A stretch of DNA of 62,643 nt, filler included, from Stramenopiles sp. TOSAG23-2 (GCA_900128395.1; 39 parts of 39 records of this genome joined end to end with filler, not necessarily neighbours in it), one strand, 5' to 3'; numbered from the whole stretch's first letter, positions 48,411 to 61,048 are shown. Translations and numbers: made by a program. Notes: generated by a model not told the origin, from the sequence alone.

Positions 48411-49772
48411 ATGCCAAAAAAGAAAAAAGAACATAGTGGTAAAAAATTAGCACATGCACCATTGGGTGCAGTGACGAAACATGCAGAGTTATCAAAAAAA
48501 ATAGATGAAAAAGGAATGAGAAGACACGCACGTGTTATGAAGAAAAATAAGGCAAATAGTGGTGATTTTTCTGATGAGGAGGAAGAAGGGTATGTCCCAG
48601 TTGAGGTATCGCGTAAAGTCATGCAATTGGCACGAGAACAGCAAGATGAAATAGATCAAGAAATACGTAATAAGAAATTACAAGAAGATGATATGGTAGA
48701 TGAAGATACCGGTAATTTTAGTAATAATACTTTAATAGATGATATTGATGATTTTATGGCAAAACGGGATGGTGATTATGTGGATTCTATTGAAGTTGAT
48801 GCAGAAGATGAAGCTACTCTTGCACAATTTATGCCATCGCAATCATCTGAACGTCGTACGTTGGGTGATATTATTGCAGAAAAAATCCGGGAAAAAGAAT
48901 TAGCAGATGCTGCAGCCAAACAAGGCAACAACAACAATAACAACAACAATGGACAAGTAGTCGATGAAAGGCAATCAAGAATGAATGAAAAAGTAGTTCA
49001 AGTATATGAAAGTATTGGCCAATTATTAACACGTTATCGTGCAGGTAAAATACCTAAAGCATTTAAAATTATTCCAAATTTAAGGAATTGGGAAGAAGTA
49101 TTGTGGATTACTGCGCCAGACATGTGGTCCCCACAAGCAATGTTTGTTGCAACTAAATTATTTGCATCAAATTTAAAACCAAAACATGCACAAAGGTATT
49201 ACAATTTGATCTTATTACCACGTATACGTGATGATATACGTGCTAATAAGAAATTAAATTATCATTTGTATTGCGCCGTTAAAAAAGCAATTTACAAGCC
49301 AGCTGCTTTTTTTAAAGGTTTGTTATTACCATTAGCTGAATCTGCGTGTACATTAAAAGAAGCGATGATTGTTGGTAGCGTTATGTCTAAAGTTTCTATC
49401 CCAATGATGCATTCAGCAGCAGCCATGTTGAAATTGACACAATTGCCATATAGTGGTGGTACAAGTATTTTCTTAACTGTACTCATGAATAAAAAATATA
49501 GTTTACCATACAAAGTGATTGATGCACTTGCTGCTCATTTTGCTTCGTTCCAACATGAAACACGCGTATTGCCTGTATTATGGCATCAAAGTTTATTAGT
49601 ATTTTCACAACGGTATAAAATGAATTTAACTAAGATACAAAAAAATAAAATCAGGGATACATTGAGAAAACATCAACATGTTGGTATTACATCTGAAATT
49701 CGTAGGGAATTATTTACAAGCCGAAATCGTGGAGAGAAAGATAAAATTGATGATGATGTAGAAATGATGTGA
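48411..49772 (+). CDS. BYSL: Bystin / Enp1 (40S biogenesis factor)
   Basis: YRAGKIPKAFKIIP, NWEEVLWIT.P..WSP, KKLNYHLY, KPAAFFKG, NKKYSLPY, LPVLWHQSLL, IRREL. Complete and intronless. Confidence 0.96.
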   Translation: MPKKKKEHSGKKLAHAPLGAVTKHAELSKKIDEKGMRRHARVMKKNKANSGDFSDEEEEGYVPVEVSRKVMQLAREQQDEIDQEIRNKKLQEDDMVDEDTGNFSNNTLIDDIDDFMAKRDGDYVDSIEVDAEDEATLAQFMPSQSSERRTLGDIIAEKIREKELADAAAKQGNNNNNNNNGQVVDERQSRMNEKVVQVYESIGQLLTRYRAGKIPKAFKIIPNLRNWEEVLWITAPDMWSPQAMFVATKLFASNLKPKHAQRYYNLILLPRIRDDIRANKKLNYHLYCAVKKAIYKPAAFFKGLLLPLAESACTLKEAMIVGSVMSKVSIPMMHSAAAMLKLTQLPYSGGTSIFLTVLMNKKYSLPYKVIDALAAHFASFQHETRVLPVLWHQSLLVFSQRYKMNLTKIQKNKIRDTLRKHQHVGITSEIRRELFTSRNRGEKDKIDDDVEMM

Positions 49773-49968
49773 GGGGGGGGGTTGAAATACGTACGAATTC
49801 GTATATATATACGTATAGTGCTATAGTAAAATAAAATTTGTGTGCATGTGTGTGTAAAAAATTGTCGTNNNNNNNNNNNNNNNNNNNNNNNNNNNNNNNN
49901 NNNNNNNNNNNNTTAATTAATTAANNNNNNNNNNNNNNNNNNNNNNNNNNNNNNNNNNNNNNNNNNNN

Positions 49969-51468
49969 CTTGTTGGATAAATAAAATTCGACAACACGCA
50001 AATAGCATGGATGATAAGTGGAAAAATAATAAATGGATATATAACCATGCGTGGGATCAGCAGACTGATAAAATTTTTCAAGGCGAGTGGAACGATTGTA
50101 ATGGCAATGATCAAGATAAATTTGGTCGATTCTACGAGATGCCGAGATATTGTGGTAGATCCAAACGCATGGTAGATTTCATCGACGGTCACGATAGGTG
50201 GCACACTGGCCCAAGTAGCAGTTCAATGGCCCATGATTATAATAAGGGATTTACTTGTGGAATAATTGATGATCAGGTAATATTTAATCAAAACGATATC
50301 CAAGAACTTGAAAAGGGTCCAGATTTGATTCTAATTAATGCTTGCACTGGAGATGTTGTTCACAAAGGAAGTGGGTGGATTACTAATAACTTTAACAACA
50401 TTCCACCCAATCATTATGTCCTATTTGGGACACATGGAAATCACGAATATGATATAGAATTAGGTATTACTGCATTACAAAATTTAATTGAAATTGGCAC
50501 CAATAGGGAATATAACCAGGGGAAAGCATTTCAATATAGAAACTATGGTTTGATTGGATACAAAGGATTACATGGAGAAGTAAAATCCAAACCAATGCCA
50601 GAATTACCATATATATGGAAAGATTCAAGTTTGTCTTCCACAGCAGCGCACACGGGTATTTTTCAAAACGGAGGTTTTGAAACATATGTGCCACAAAAGT
50701 ATCTCTGGCTATATGCCAATTACAAGGACAATGCAGAACAAGGCAATGGGGAAATGAAAAGGGAATTATCCGAACGTATGGGCATACCCAGTGGATGGAC
50801 CGGTGGGACTAATTTTTCTGTATCCATGTCCTTCAATGCAGATTATGACAATCTTCTCGGGGCACACGATTCTCGATTTTTTGGCGTACTAATAGGTGGT
50901 GGATCAAATTTGTATCAAGAAATCCCTAATTTAAAAATTGGAGAAAAACAAGAAATTTCATTTTGGGTTTCATCCCGCATTGGTTTCAGCGATGGCATGC
51001 ATTTTTCAATACTGATTGATGACAAGGAGATATACAAAAGCAATCATGCACCCCCAGAAAAACGCTTTGAAAAAATAGAAATGTCCTTCATCCCAGAAAA
51101 ACATAGTGTAACGCTAATGATACAAAATTTGTGCAACAGACATCCAGTAGAACTTTGTTATCTGTATATTGATGAATTTTCCCCATTGCGATTTGAGCAC
51201 CAAGAAACATTACGTGACTATGCAACTGACCATCCTGCAGCGTTCAGTACTGCCGTACCTATAAGTGGTGTAAATCTTCATGCTCCTAATCGTTGGTACA
51301 ATTCTCCAATTTTAAAAATGCTTTACTCTGATCAATTCAGACCTGGTCGTATTGCAAACCCGTCAGCTGTGCGTTGCGAACGTGGCGATGGGACACGATA
51401 TTGGAATATGGGCGGTGTTTGTTTCACAGCGGCGGATTCTTTTGTTGCGGTTCCATGGGAAGGTGAAT
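49969..51468 (+). CDS. Internal fragment of a large extracellular protein with ILEI/GG-like and galactose-binding (DUF642/CBM-like) domains
   Basis: LILINACTGDV..IPPNHYVLF..YRNYGLIGYKG (ILEI-like), and NGGFE..GWT..LYQEIPNLKIG..ISFWVSSR (CBM-like). Confidence 0.55.
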
Positions 51469-52123
51469 NNNNNNNNNNNNNNNNNNNNNNNNNNNNNNNN
51501 NNNNNNNNNNNNTTAATTAATTAANNNNNNNNNNNNNNNNNNNNNNNNNNNNNNNNNNNNNNNNNNNNATGGGCCGGTTATAAATTTATGATTTTTGAAT
51601 TGGTTACAAATAGCAAGATGAAATGCAAAGTTGGTAAACATCCACATCGAATGAAATTATCCAATTGAATTAAAACAATTGGATTTGCGATATTTGCCAT
51701 CGAGATTCCAGTTTGAAAGGAAGTGATGGAAAAGGAAAAGTAAATCGTTATCGTTGTGCAAATGGATGTGATTTTGCCAGTTTGATTATGGTTATTAAAG
51801 TTATAAAAAAGTATAATTATTATTATAGTCCTATTTATTTTACGCATAATTAGTCCTATTTATATAATATTAAATAATTCAATTCATGGAATGTCATTTT
51901 ACATTTCCTTTACTTATGGAGTCATTAAATAGGGGGTACACATCTTACATCTAACACCTAAGCATCATGTATGTACATTTTGCATCATTCATTCTGTACA
52001 GAGTCACAATCCTGACTATGTTCATCGAAATGTACTCAGCCTGTCTATCTATATAGTGCTATAGCGATATATAATTGGAATAATATATATGAGTAAGAGA
52101 AAATTCTTTATTTATAAAATCTT

Positions 52124-52607
52124 TTATATTTCTGTTTTTGTACAATTAAATTTTGTTGATTTGTTGCTCCCACCAGTACATTTACTATTATTATAATTAC
52201 CTTTCCGTTTGTTTTGACTGTTGGTATTTTCAAAATTAACAGAAGCACCATTTAAGTGTTGTTGATCCTCTTTTTTTTTCAATACTTCATGTTCTTTTCT
52301 TAACATTTCATGTTCTTTTCGTAATTTATTCAACTCTGAGAGACACATATGGAAAGCTTGAAAACCAGGACTATTAAACTCCAAACAATACGACCCCCTG
52401 CGTCGTACGCCCTGCCCGTATGAATTTCCATCATCATCAAAATGTATTGCTTTAGCCTTATGCTCAAGTAACAGTTTAATCTTCCGGTCATTATTATGTC
52501 CGCGTAATCTAGGTCCTAGACTTTTCACAGAATGTCCGCGCCTACATATATCTAATGGTGTATCACCATGACAATGATGTAGTATTATTATTATTAGACG
52601 ATGCCAT
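52124..52607 (-). pseudogene. Ankyrin-family paralogue with the central part deleted
   Basis: MASSNNNNTTSLS start joined out of frame to HGDTPLDI..KLLLEHKAKAIHFDDDGNSYGQG, which aligns to RGDTPLDT..LIRSKGGKANYYDENGRRVGKG of 22682-23808. Confidence 0.6.
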
Positions 52608-53168
52608 TATTTCATTACGTATTATAATTCAAAAGGAAACGACAAAGTGTATATAACAACAATGTGTTGTTCTATATATATAACAACGCAAACTATATTT
52701 GAATTTATGCATCACACATATACCTGGTATAAGCTATTTTGTGATGAGATATTTTAATTTTAATTTTTGATGGACACATCGCGCTCAAGCGAAGCGTCGA
52801 GCTCGATCGATAATGGACACAAAAACCATCCCATTTGGCTTGTTGAAATTATCCCGTATTAATAACAGGCACATAGCACTGCTTTTGCAATGAACAAAGA
52901 AGAATTAACATAATAAATTAACAAAAAAAGATACATCACGTATATACATGAATAAATGGAATTCGATTTCAAACAATGAATTAAAAGTTATACATCATAA
53001 GAAAACATACTTTTAAAAAATTGTATATATATATAGAATTCATAATATATAATAATATAAGTCACTNNNNNNNNNNNNNNNNNNNNNNNNNNNNNNNNNN
53101 NNNNNNNNNNTTAATTAATTAANNNNNNNNNNNNNNNNNNNNNNNNNNNNNNNNNNNNNNNNNNNNAT

Positions 53169-53408
53169 CAAACTGAAGCAGCTAAAAAGATTCAAGCCAT
53201 ACAACGTGGTAAACAAGATCGGGCAAAGGTTGAGGAACTGAAAAATAACTCCAATGAAGCAAAGTCTGAAGGCAAGTCAGACGCAGTGGTAGAAGACCCT
53301 ATTGATGTAAATGATGATTCAAATAAAGAAGGAACAAATGCGAATCTTAAAACAGATGAAGTGAGAAATACAGAAGAAGCATCTGTTAAAGTAGAGGAAA
53401 AAGAATAA
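53169..53408 (+). CDS. C-terminus of an IQ-motif protein
   Basis: AAKKIQAIQRGKQDR followed by an acidic tail. Confidence 0.65.
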   Translation, partial: QTEAAKKIQAIQRGKQDRAKVEELKNNSNEAKSEGKSDAVVEDPIDVNDDSNKEGTNANLKTDEVRNTEEASVKVEEKE

Positions 53409-53540
53409 AAATTAAAAACTTGATTATGTAACGTCAACTCTCATTATTATATATTTATATGCATCATATTTATCATATATTTTTATATACTTTTTTCGTA
53501 TAAAAATATTTTTCTAGAGATACATAGTATCATACCACCT

Positions 53541-54479
53541 TTACATCCCTTGATAATTTCTCTCACTTCCATGTAGTAATGTTGATAATTCACTGGTTGG
53601 TGTACTCTTCAATAAACATCCAAGCCACGTTAACCAAATAGGAAGCATAATAACCCCAACTAGAAGTCGTGTCAATATTGATGGAAACATAAATACTCCC
53701 CAAGTCACTAAACGTAAAATGTCACTAACAAAATGTAGAAATGATAATACACAAATAGTATATCCAAGATACGCATGTCTTTTACTGAACGTGTTCGTTG
53801 TAATGGCACTACGACTCAATACCCACATAGCAATACCAATAAAGAAATAATCAGCAGTATATAAAAAAGATTCTTTAAATCTTTGCATACGATATATCAT
53901 TTCCAACACTTGAATAAATTGAACATCACCAGCAGCAGTCCGTGCATCGTTTGGTACCATGATTTTCCATGTAGACATCCAATCTGAACCAGTTCTTATT
54001 CCCATATTATACGTCCATTCCATTACACGTATACCTGAAGCAAAAGCCATTGCTGGTATTGCTATGTAAACTAATGAGCCCGGAACGTTTCTGGATAATA
54101 CTGGAGTTATGAAACTGATGATTGGTATTACTGCAGAGTAACCAATAACCCCTGCCATCTCATCAAGCACGTGCAAACCTCTGACAGAATGCCGTTCTTT
54201 CCAATGTTCATATACGCCATTTGGTTCCATCATTTCCCACTCAGTCATGTTGCGCCTTGGTCCACCACTAGATGAATGAGTACGGGATGATCTCATAACA
54301 GCAAGTTCACCAAATCGTATACCATTGTGCAAAGTAATACACAAGGCACTGATAAAACAGCAACAAATAGCACTTTTTGCACTAACCATTTTGTTTGCCA
54401 TCACTCTTGGTGATTCTTCAACTGAGAAACTAGATGCTGGTGGGCGTTTGACAGTAGAATCATTTAATACGTCTGTCAT
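53541..54479 (-). CDS. Multi-pass membrane protein of unknown function
   Basis: Complete 312-codon ORF with about six hydrophobic segments. Confidence 0.7.
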   Translation of the reverse strand: MTDVLNDSTVKRPPASSFSVEESPRVMANKMVSAKSAICCCFISALCITLHNGIRFGELAVMRSSRTHSSSGGPRRNMTEWEMMEPNGVYEHWKERHSVRGLHVLDEMAGVIGYSAVIPIISFITPVLSRNVPGSLVYIAIPAMAFASGIRVMEWTYNMGIRTGSDWMSTWKIMVPNDARTAAGDVQFIQVLEMIYRMQRFKESFLYTADYFFIGIAMWVLSRSAITTNTFSKRHAYLGYTICVLSFLHFVSDILRLVTWGVFMFPSILTRLLVGVIMLPIWLTWLGCLLKSTPTSELSTLLHGSERNYQGM

Positions 54480-54880
54480 GATGTTAATTTTTTAAAATAA
54501 ATATTATTAATATATATTATTACACATATATGAATTCAGGTGTAAAATAGACGATTGTTATATGAGTCTCTCTGTCTTATACACACACACTTACATGTAG
54601 AAGATTATATTTCAAATACTACATAATGATCTTTATTATTTTTTTTTTTTGAAAAATTTTTTATNNNNNNNNNNNNNNNNNNNNNNNNNNNNNNNNNNNN
54701 NNNNNNNNTTAATTAATTAANNNNNNNNNNNNNNNNNNNNNNNNNNNNNNNNNNNNNNNNNNNNTGACAATTCCTACTCTCAAAAGAATACAGTGACTGA
54801 GCCAATATTAATATCTATCTCACAAGATGTGTCGATAATTTCCGTATGATAACAGAAACACCGTTTTTTTTGTTGTTGAT

Positions 54881-56182
54881 TTAAATACTCTGATAATTTC
54901 TTCTATTGCCATTAGATAGCGAGGACGAATCAGATTCTGGGGAATTTGGTGAATATGGGCGTTGTTGCATTTCTTGCGCCTTTTTAATTTTTGGTAAAAA
55001 GACACAAAAAAATAACATCGCAGCCAAAACAAAAACAATCGTAACTGATATCGCTAATATATTATTGTCCAATGAAAATGGAACTTTTTTTTTACATAGT
55101 GGTGATATTACATTATCAGGTGGTGTTATAAATAACAAATCCATTGCATTTGCTATACGCATGGCACAAGTTAACATACGTAACTCTAATAAATTTGCTA
55201 TGTTTTGAAAGAAAGTCACCTGACCCGATGGCTTGCAACTATTTGATGCTAAACATTTCTCTGCCCGTAACAATGTAGCTGATTCATTAGCCCATGTAGA
55301 AAACATCGATTGAATTAATTTCGAATCAAAACATCCTATCTCCCCAAAGTCTATATCGGTTGTCTTACGAAACTTTGGATCAACAAGACGTTTATCTTTC
55401 AACAAGGAATCTGCGTAATGTGTCCAATTCAGATAACCTTTCCATCTAATCAATTGGAATAAAAACTCATCCGCTTCCCATATATCAAATTCATTCGATT
55501 CTGATATTTTTGGTAGCGAAGAATTCAATTGTATATTTTGTACTTTAATATTTTTGCCATAATTTGTCGTAGGTCCCATACGTACTGGGCTATGTAAATC
55601 ACTATATAAATCAACCATGAAACCTAAGGATGATGAGCTTGGTACACCAACAGAAGATTTGCCCCCAGATGCACCAGCAGCACTACTCCCATATTCGTCG
55701 AATATTTTTGATGTATAATTTAGAGCTGCTTTCCATATACAAGGATTGCGTGAGTCCATAATAGTTTTCATGCACGAACCTGTATTTGGTTTTATAATAT
55801 TAACGTTTAACGGCACGTGCCAAAAATGAAATACACTACTCCATTCCCCAGAAGTTGTTGAAGCAAATGTCTTCGCTTTGAGTGCAACGTCAGACAATGT
55901 TTGGCTATTCCCGGAAGATACTTGCTCCTGAAGTCGCTTTTTTGCGATTGCCGCTAAAAAAGGTGGTAGCATATTTTTTTCCCAACTAACTTGGTTCTCT
56001 GCTATACGACTGATAATTTTAATAGCAGTTGTACTAAGCCCTTTTGCAAAAATTATCCCGTTATGACTTTCATGGTTGAAAAATGATAAAGGTATTAGTA
56101 TCAGTAATACAACTTTGAAAATTGCATTAACGCTAGTCTTTAAAGTGTTGCGGAATCTCTTATTCGCCATCAACATAATCAA
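54881..56182 (-). CDS. Degenerate S1/P1 nuclease-like type I membrane protein
   Basis: WSSVFHF, CIWKAALNYT, LGFMVDLYSDLHSP, WANES and RIANAMD follow S1/P1 motif order. Signal peptide and C-terminal TM helix. Confidence 0.65.
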   Translation of the reverse strand: MIMLMANKRFRNTLKTSVNAIFKVVLLILIPLSFFNHESHNGIIFAKGLSTTAIKIISRIAENQVSWEKNMLPPFLAAIAKKRLQEQVSSGNSQTLSDVALKAKTFASTTSGEWSSVFHFWHVPLNVNIIKPNTGSCMKTIMDSRNPCIWKAALNYTSKIFDEYGSSAAGASGGKSSVGVPSSSSLGFMVDLYSDLHSPVRMGPTTNYGKNIKVQNIQLNSSLPKISESNEFDIWEADEFLFQLIRWKGYLNWTHYADSLLKDKRLVDPKFRKTTDIDFGEIGCFDSKLIQSMFSTWANESATLLRAEKCLASNSCKPSGQVTFFQNIANLLELRMLTCAMRIANAMDLLFITPPDNVISPLCKKKVPFSLDNNILAISVTIVFVLAAMLFFCVFLPKIKKAQEMQQRPYSPNSPESDSSSLSNGNRRNYQSI

Positions 56183-56999
56183 ATAAATCTACTAAAATAT
56201 CTGTGTGTGTGTATGTATGTATGTATGTATATATAACTGTTATGATTATGTTATATATTGTNNNNNNNNNNNNNNNNNNNNNNNNNNNNNNNNNNNNNNN
56301 NNNNNTTAATTAATTAANNNNNNNNNNNNNNNNNNNNNNNNNNNNNNNNNNNNNNNNNNNNAGAGTGTGTTCTTTGTTTTGTTTGTTTTGGTTCGTAAAA
56401 AATATAATATATTTTTGTTTGATAGATATAATAGGTGTGCTTTTGGAGGAGAGATGTTTTTATTTTTTCAAACAACAACAACAACAACAACAACAACTGC
56501 TGAAGAAGAAGAACAACAACTGAACCATGATGGTTTACTGTGTATTATATTAGCAGGTTAAGGTAGAGATTATTACAGTATTAATATGGTAGCTGGTTAG
56601 CTCGCTATTATAACCACGCGGTAGCTATAGTGCTAATTCTATACTATAACTAATATTATATATTATTATTAGGTATTTTTTGTGCTATTAGACTACCAGG
56701 TACTATTATTTTTTATTATAGCTAATTTATTATTATTATCAATCTGAGAGAATTATTATTTGCAGCACATCATCATACATCATTCGACGACACAAAGCAA
56801 TCCTGGCAATCTTTCCCTTCCTACTGTACATATATATGTACACACACACACACACACACATATAACCAGTTTTTAAAAAAACCAGGCTAAAACTTGTAAT
56901 AGAATACGGTTATATTACAAGTATACAATTTTTCCATTTTTTTTGTGCACTAAAAAATAAATATATATTTATTTTTTTTAAATAAAAGCAAAACGAAGG

Positions 57000-57857
57000 A
57001 TGGCGGTTCGTGTATATTACATAGTCCAAGGTGAAGCGGGGGAAGAAATGTCACACCCAAATGTATTTTCGTTACCAAATGATACTCCCGGATCTAAAAA
57101 GAAAAAGATACAGCTGAAAAGCATATTAGGTCATTTTCCACTACGTGGCACTGGTAATTTTCATTTTCGCTTTAAATTATCTACAAATACAGTAAAAAAT
57201 GGTTTTAGTTGGGTTGATGTGAATGATCCAAACGCTATCGTACCATTCTATAAAGGGATGTTACTTGCAAAATTACTACGCCTGGATAGACCTTTTTATA
57301 GCGGAAAACAACGAAATAAAGAGGATTGGACTATTGACGCATCGAGGAGTAGCAAAGGTAGGAAATCGACCAAACGTAATGCTACTTCACGCGATATGAA
57401 GTCAACTTCTGCTACAAATAATAATAAAACTAGGAATAATAAAAGCGATCATCATGGTATTAAAAAAAAGACAGTTGTAAATACTTATACGACAAAAATC
57501 AAAAACGATAATCGTAATGTTACAAAATCAAAACGAAATAAATCAGAAAGAAAAAAACCGGAACGACGTCCAAGTGATGGAGATATGTTAAAGTTTGAAG
57601 AAAGTGTAGACACTACTAATAATCACGACATTATGGATTTTGATACTTTTACCACATCGAATGGGACATCGCAATCCATGCAAGTGAAGCCAAAAAATGT
57701 TATTCGAGAAGATATGAGTGATGAAGTAAAGGATCTAATAAGACAGCGACAAAGAGAAGAACAAAAGCGCATCGATAAAGCACATGAAATCCATCTACAA
57801 AAGAAAAAACAAGAAATTCAAAATCAGCTGGACAGAGAGACAGTGAAAGGGGAATTG
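57000..57857 (+). CDS. DIX-like domain protein (DIX plus probable auxilin-type C-terminus), 3' truncated
   Basis: VYY..HPNVF..FPL..FHFRFK..WVDV..VP..AK.LRL N-terminal domain, then a low-complexity linker and coiled coil. Confidence 0.65.
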
Positions 57858-57957
57858 NNNNNNNNNNNNNNNNNNNNNNNNNNNNNNNNNNNNNNNNNNN
57901 NTTAATTAATTAANNNNNNNNNNNNNNNNNNNNNNNNNNNNNNNNNNNNNNNNNNNN

Positions 57958-59453
57958 AACCATTCATGATTCTTAATAAATATACCATCATCCTCATTTT
58001 TATTGAAAATTCTTTTTCCATTTTGCAATAAAACATCTGCAGGACATCGGCCAGCAGGATAATCATCACTCAATATTCCATCTGGTATTAAAACTAATGC
58101 ATTTTTTGCTGGACCATGATATGCCATTTTACCAGAATCAATAAACATAACATCATCTAACAAATCATACATTTCATTACTTGGTTGATGTACGGACATT
58201 ACTATACTTAATTTGAAACGTTTTGCAATATTAGATAAACATTTGACCAAATGCAATGCAATAATGCTGTCAAGTCCAGAGAGCGGTTCATCCAGCAAAA
58301 ACAATCTATTATTATTATTATTATCATTATTATTGCTGCCATCATCGCTATCTCCATAATTATTTACAATAGTATTAATATCAACCGCAACGAGTTCTAA
58401 ACCAATTGCTAAACGGCGTTTTTCACCACCAGACAACACTTTACCATATGATTTTTTGACATGAGTTAAATTCAATTGTTCTATGACTAAATCTATCGTT
58501 TCAAGTTTTTTCTTGTATGAGACATAGTTTGGTTGTCGTAACATGGCACTGAAGTGTATTTGTTCCTCAACTGTAAGGCTATCCATGATGATAGATTCTT
58601 GAGATACAAATAAACATTTTATAGGAAACCCAATAAAGTTTCCTATCGCACCTTGAGGAAGGGAGCTACGTCCACCTGCTGCTCCTAATATTCTCAACAG
58701 CGACGTCTTACCAGCACCAGATACACTAAGCATACCTGTTAACTTCCCACATTGTATGCACCCAGACACACCTTTCAAAATTTCAAACTGTTTCTTTGAA
58801 CCATGTAAAGTTTTGTTCACAGTATAAGAAAACTTCATGGAAATACATATTATGTTGCTTGTTAACTATTGCTGCTGCATTTGATGTTTCAATAGCGTTC
58901 TCGATAGGTTGTTGCAACGTTAAAATATTGCTTAGGACAGGGCGTATATTATGTCGAACAACTTCACTGTTGTTATTGTTGTTATCATTTGGTAATTCAA
59001 AATTTTCTTGATCATCAGACAATGTTTTCTTCCTCTCTTCAAGTTCTACCTTTGTATTACTAGCAGTAATAGTATTTGTGGTGGCAGTAGTAGTTGTCGC
59101 TAAAACATCTATAACATTTGCACTTTCATCTTGTACAGGGGCAATAGCAGTTGTACTAAAAGTACCAAATGGATTATTACTGTCGTCATCTCCATTATCA
59201 ACCTTTGGCACAATACTTTTTTTACTTTTACATTTTTTTATAACCATATTTTTTACCCTCGAAAAGAACATCAAAAAAGCAACCCATGAAAACAACGCTA
59301 TTAATACAATAGTTAATACCAGCTGTATACTTAAAACTCGCCTTGGTGCAGGCGTTTGATACTGAAGAATTTCATCGCGACAAACACCAGCATTGCAATC
59401 TAATAAAATTTTTAGTGGTAAATGGTCTTCATTTACTTCACAATTGGCAACTT
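57958..59453 (-). CDS. ABCG (ADP1-like) transporter fragment
   Basis: Cys-containing ectodomain end, TM helix, Walker A SGAGKTS, LSGGEKRR, LLDEPLSGLDS, SVHQP. One extra T near 58830 splits FHEVSYTV. Confidence 0.9.
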
Positions 59454-59577
59454 NNNNNNNNNNNNNNNNNNNNNNNNNNNNNNNNNNNNNNNNNNNNTTA
59501 ATTAATTAANNNNNNNNNNNNNNNNNNNNNNNNNNNNNNNNNNNNNNNNNNNNTAGGATAGAATATTTATTCTCGAG

Positions 59578-59697
59578 ATTGAGTATTGAGCATATTATTT
59601 AAAACATGAGAAGTAAAATTATTATAACTTCAGATTTTAACCATCATTATATTTATTTTAATTTAAATATGATATACTATGATACACACGTATCGTA
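59578..59697 (+). repeat. Dispersed non-coding element, copy 2
   Basis: Homologous to 38786-38912. Confidence 0.8.
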
Positions 59698-59714
59698 ATA
59701 TTTAAAACACCTCT

Positions 59715-61048
59715 CTAACTTTTATTACTTAGAAACATTCCAAAACAATACGAAGCCCTTGGATCGAATCTTCCACTTGTATTATTATATTTTCGTAAGC
59801 CATATGATAAATTTACTTGGTCTTTGACAACATGTTGATTTTTCAAAGCTAAACGATTATTCCAATGATCTTTCCATGCATTTCGACTAGGTTCATGCAA
59901 TATATTATCTAATCCTTTTAACCACGTATTAATCTGTCTATCAAATATGAAAAAATTTTGTATATGGGCCAAAATAGGCTTTGGACATGTTAAAAGAAAA
60001 CAAATTAAATCCATACTTTCAACATTAATTTTCTCTTGTTGTGTTTTTTTCAATAGTTTTGCTTTAAAACTTATTATGTCATTAAAATAATTTTCTGTTA
60101 TCTTATATTTCTTACTAATATCTTCTATCATTGTATCTTTTTCCGTGTCGCCGTAACCACGTGTGTTATATACGACGGAAAGCAAACGCCATTCAAAATA
60201 TAAATTGCACATAAAATCAATTCCAATAAATGGCAATGCCCTTTGTGATGATAGAATATTCTTATTATTCTCATTATTGTCACCAGCTTCCGTTTTCAAG
60301 TTTTCTAACGCTTTCTCCCTTGCCTTTTTACACTCTTCACACGTTGAATTTTCAAGTGGATGGCCATGATAACATTTCCATTTACTTGCAGTTAATGATA
60401 TCTTAATCAATTCGCCAAACTTATCCCATTCTGGCCCTTTTTTCACTGTGACAGTTTTTGTCTCTTCTGTTTGTTGTGTTTCCTCTAATATACCACCATT
60501 ACTTGTCAATTTTACCTCCAAGTATTGCTCAGGCTTTTTACCAACTGGATGGTTTTGTATAGATAAATCAGCACCACCTGTTACTAAATAAAACATAGAA
60601 ATAAAATCATCGTTATGCATAGCTTGTAAAATTGGTGTACGTCCATTACCTTCCGTTGCCTTATCCATAACATTTATAAATGCACCTTTGTCGATTAATT
60701 GGACGATTGTATCAGTAATACCACCTTTTATATTCCAAGTATCTCTCATAAGATGCTTGTAATCATATCTTGCTGCAAGCATTAAAGCAGTAACTTGAAA
60801 CCCATAGCTACCACTAGCGCTGGCGTTGACTGATATTCGTGATGCTTTTAATATTGGACGCAATACATTACCATGACCTCGAATCGATGCAAGCATTGCA
60901 GGTGTATATCCTAAATGTGTTATATAGTTCTGACCAGAAACAGATTTGCTACATAACAGTTCAACGATATCTGGATTATTATGTTCATTGTGGCTTGCAT
61001 AAAGTAAAGCAGTCCATCCCATATCGTCTACAAAAGAAGCATCTGCAC
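59715..61048 (-). CDS. Ankyrin-repeat protein (5' truncated), distinct from the expanded family
   Basis: GWTALLYA, GYTPAMLA..GH, TALMLAA and GRTPIL repeats. Confidence 0.85.

Noticed and set aside
52086-52105. U12 snRNA, from resemblance to TTATGAGTAAGGAAAA
   Set aside because: Only a short partial match with none of the flanking U12 sequence, and the motif is multi-copy.
58783-58838. Programmed frameshifting in ABCG and at other homopolymer breaks (2702, 4520, 39670)
   Set aside because: Single-base indels in A/T runs in an error-prone assembly explain them more simply.
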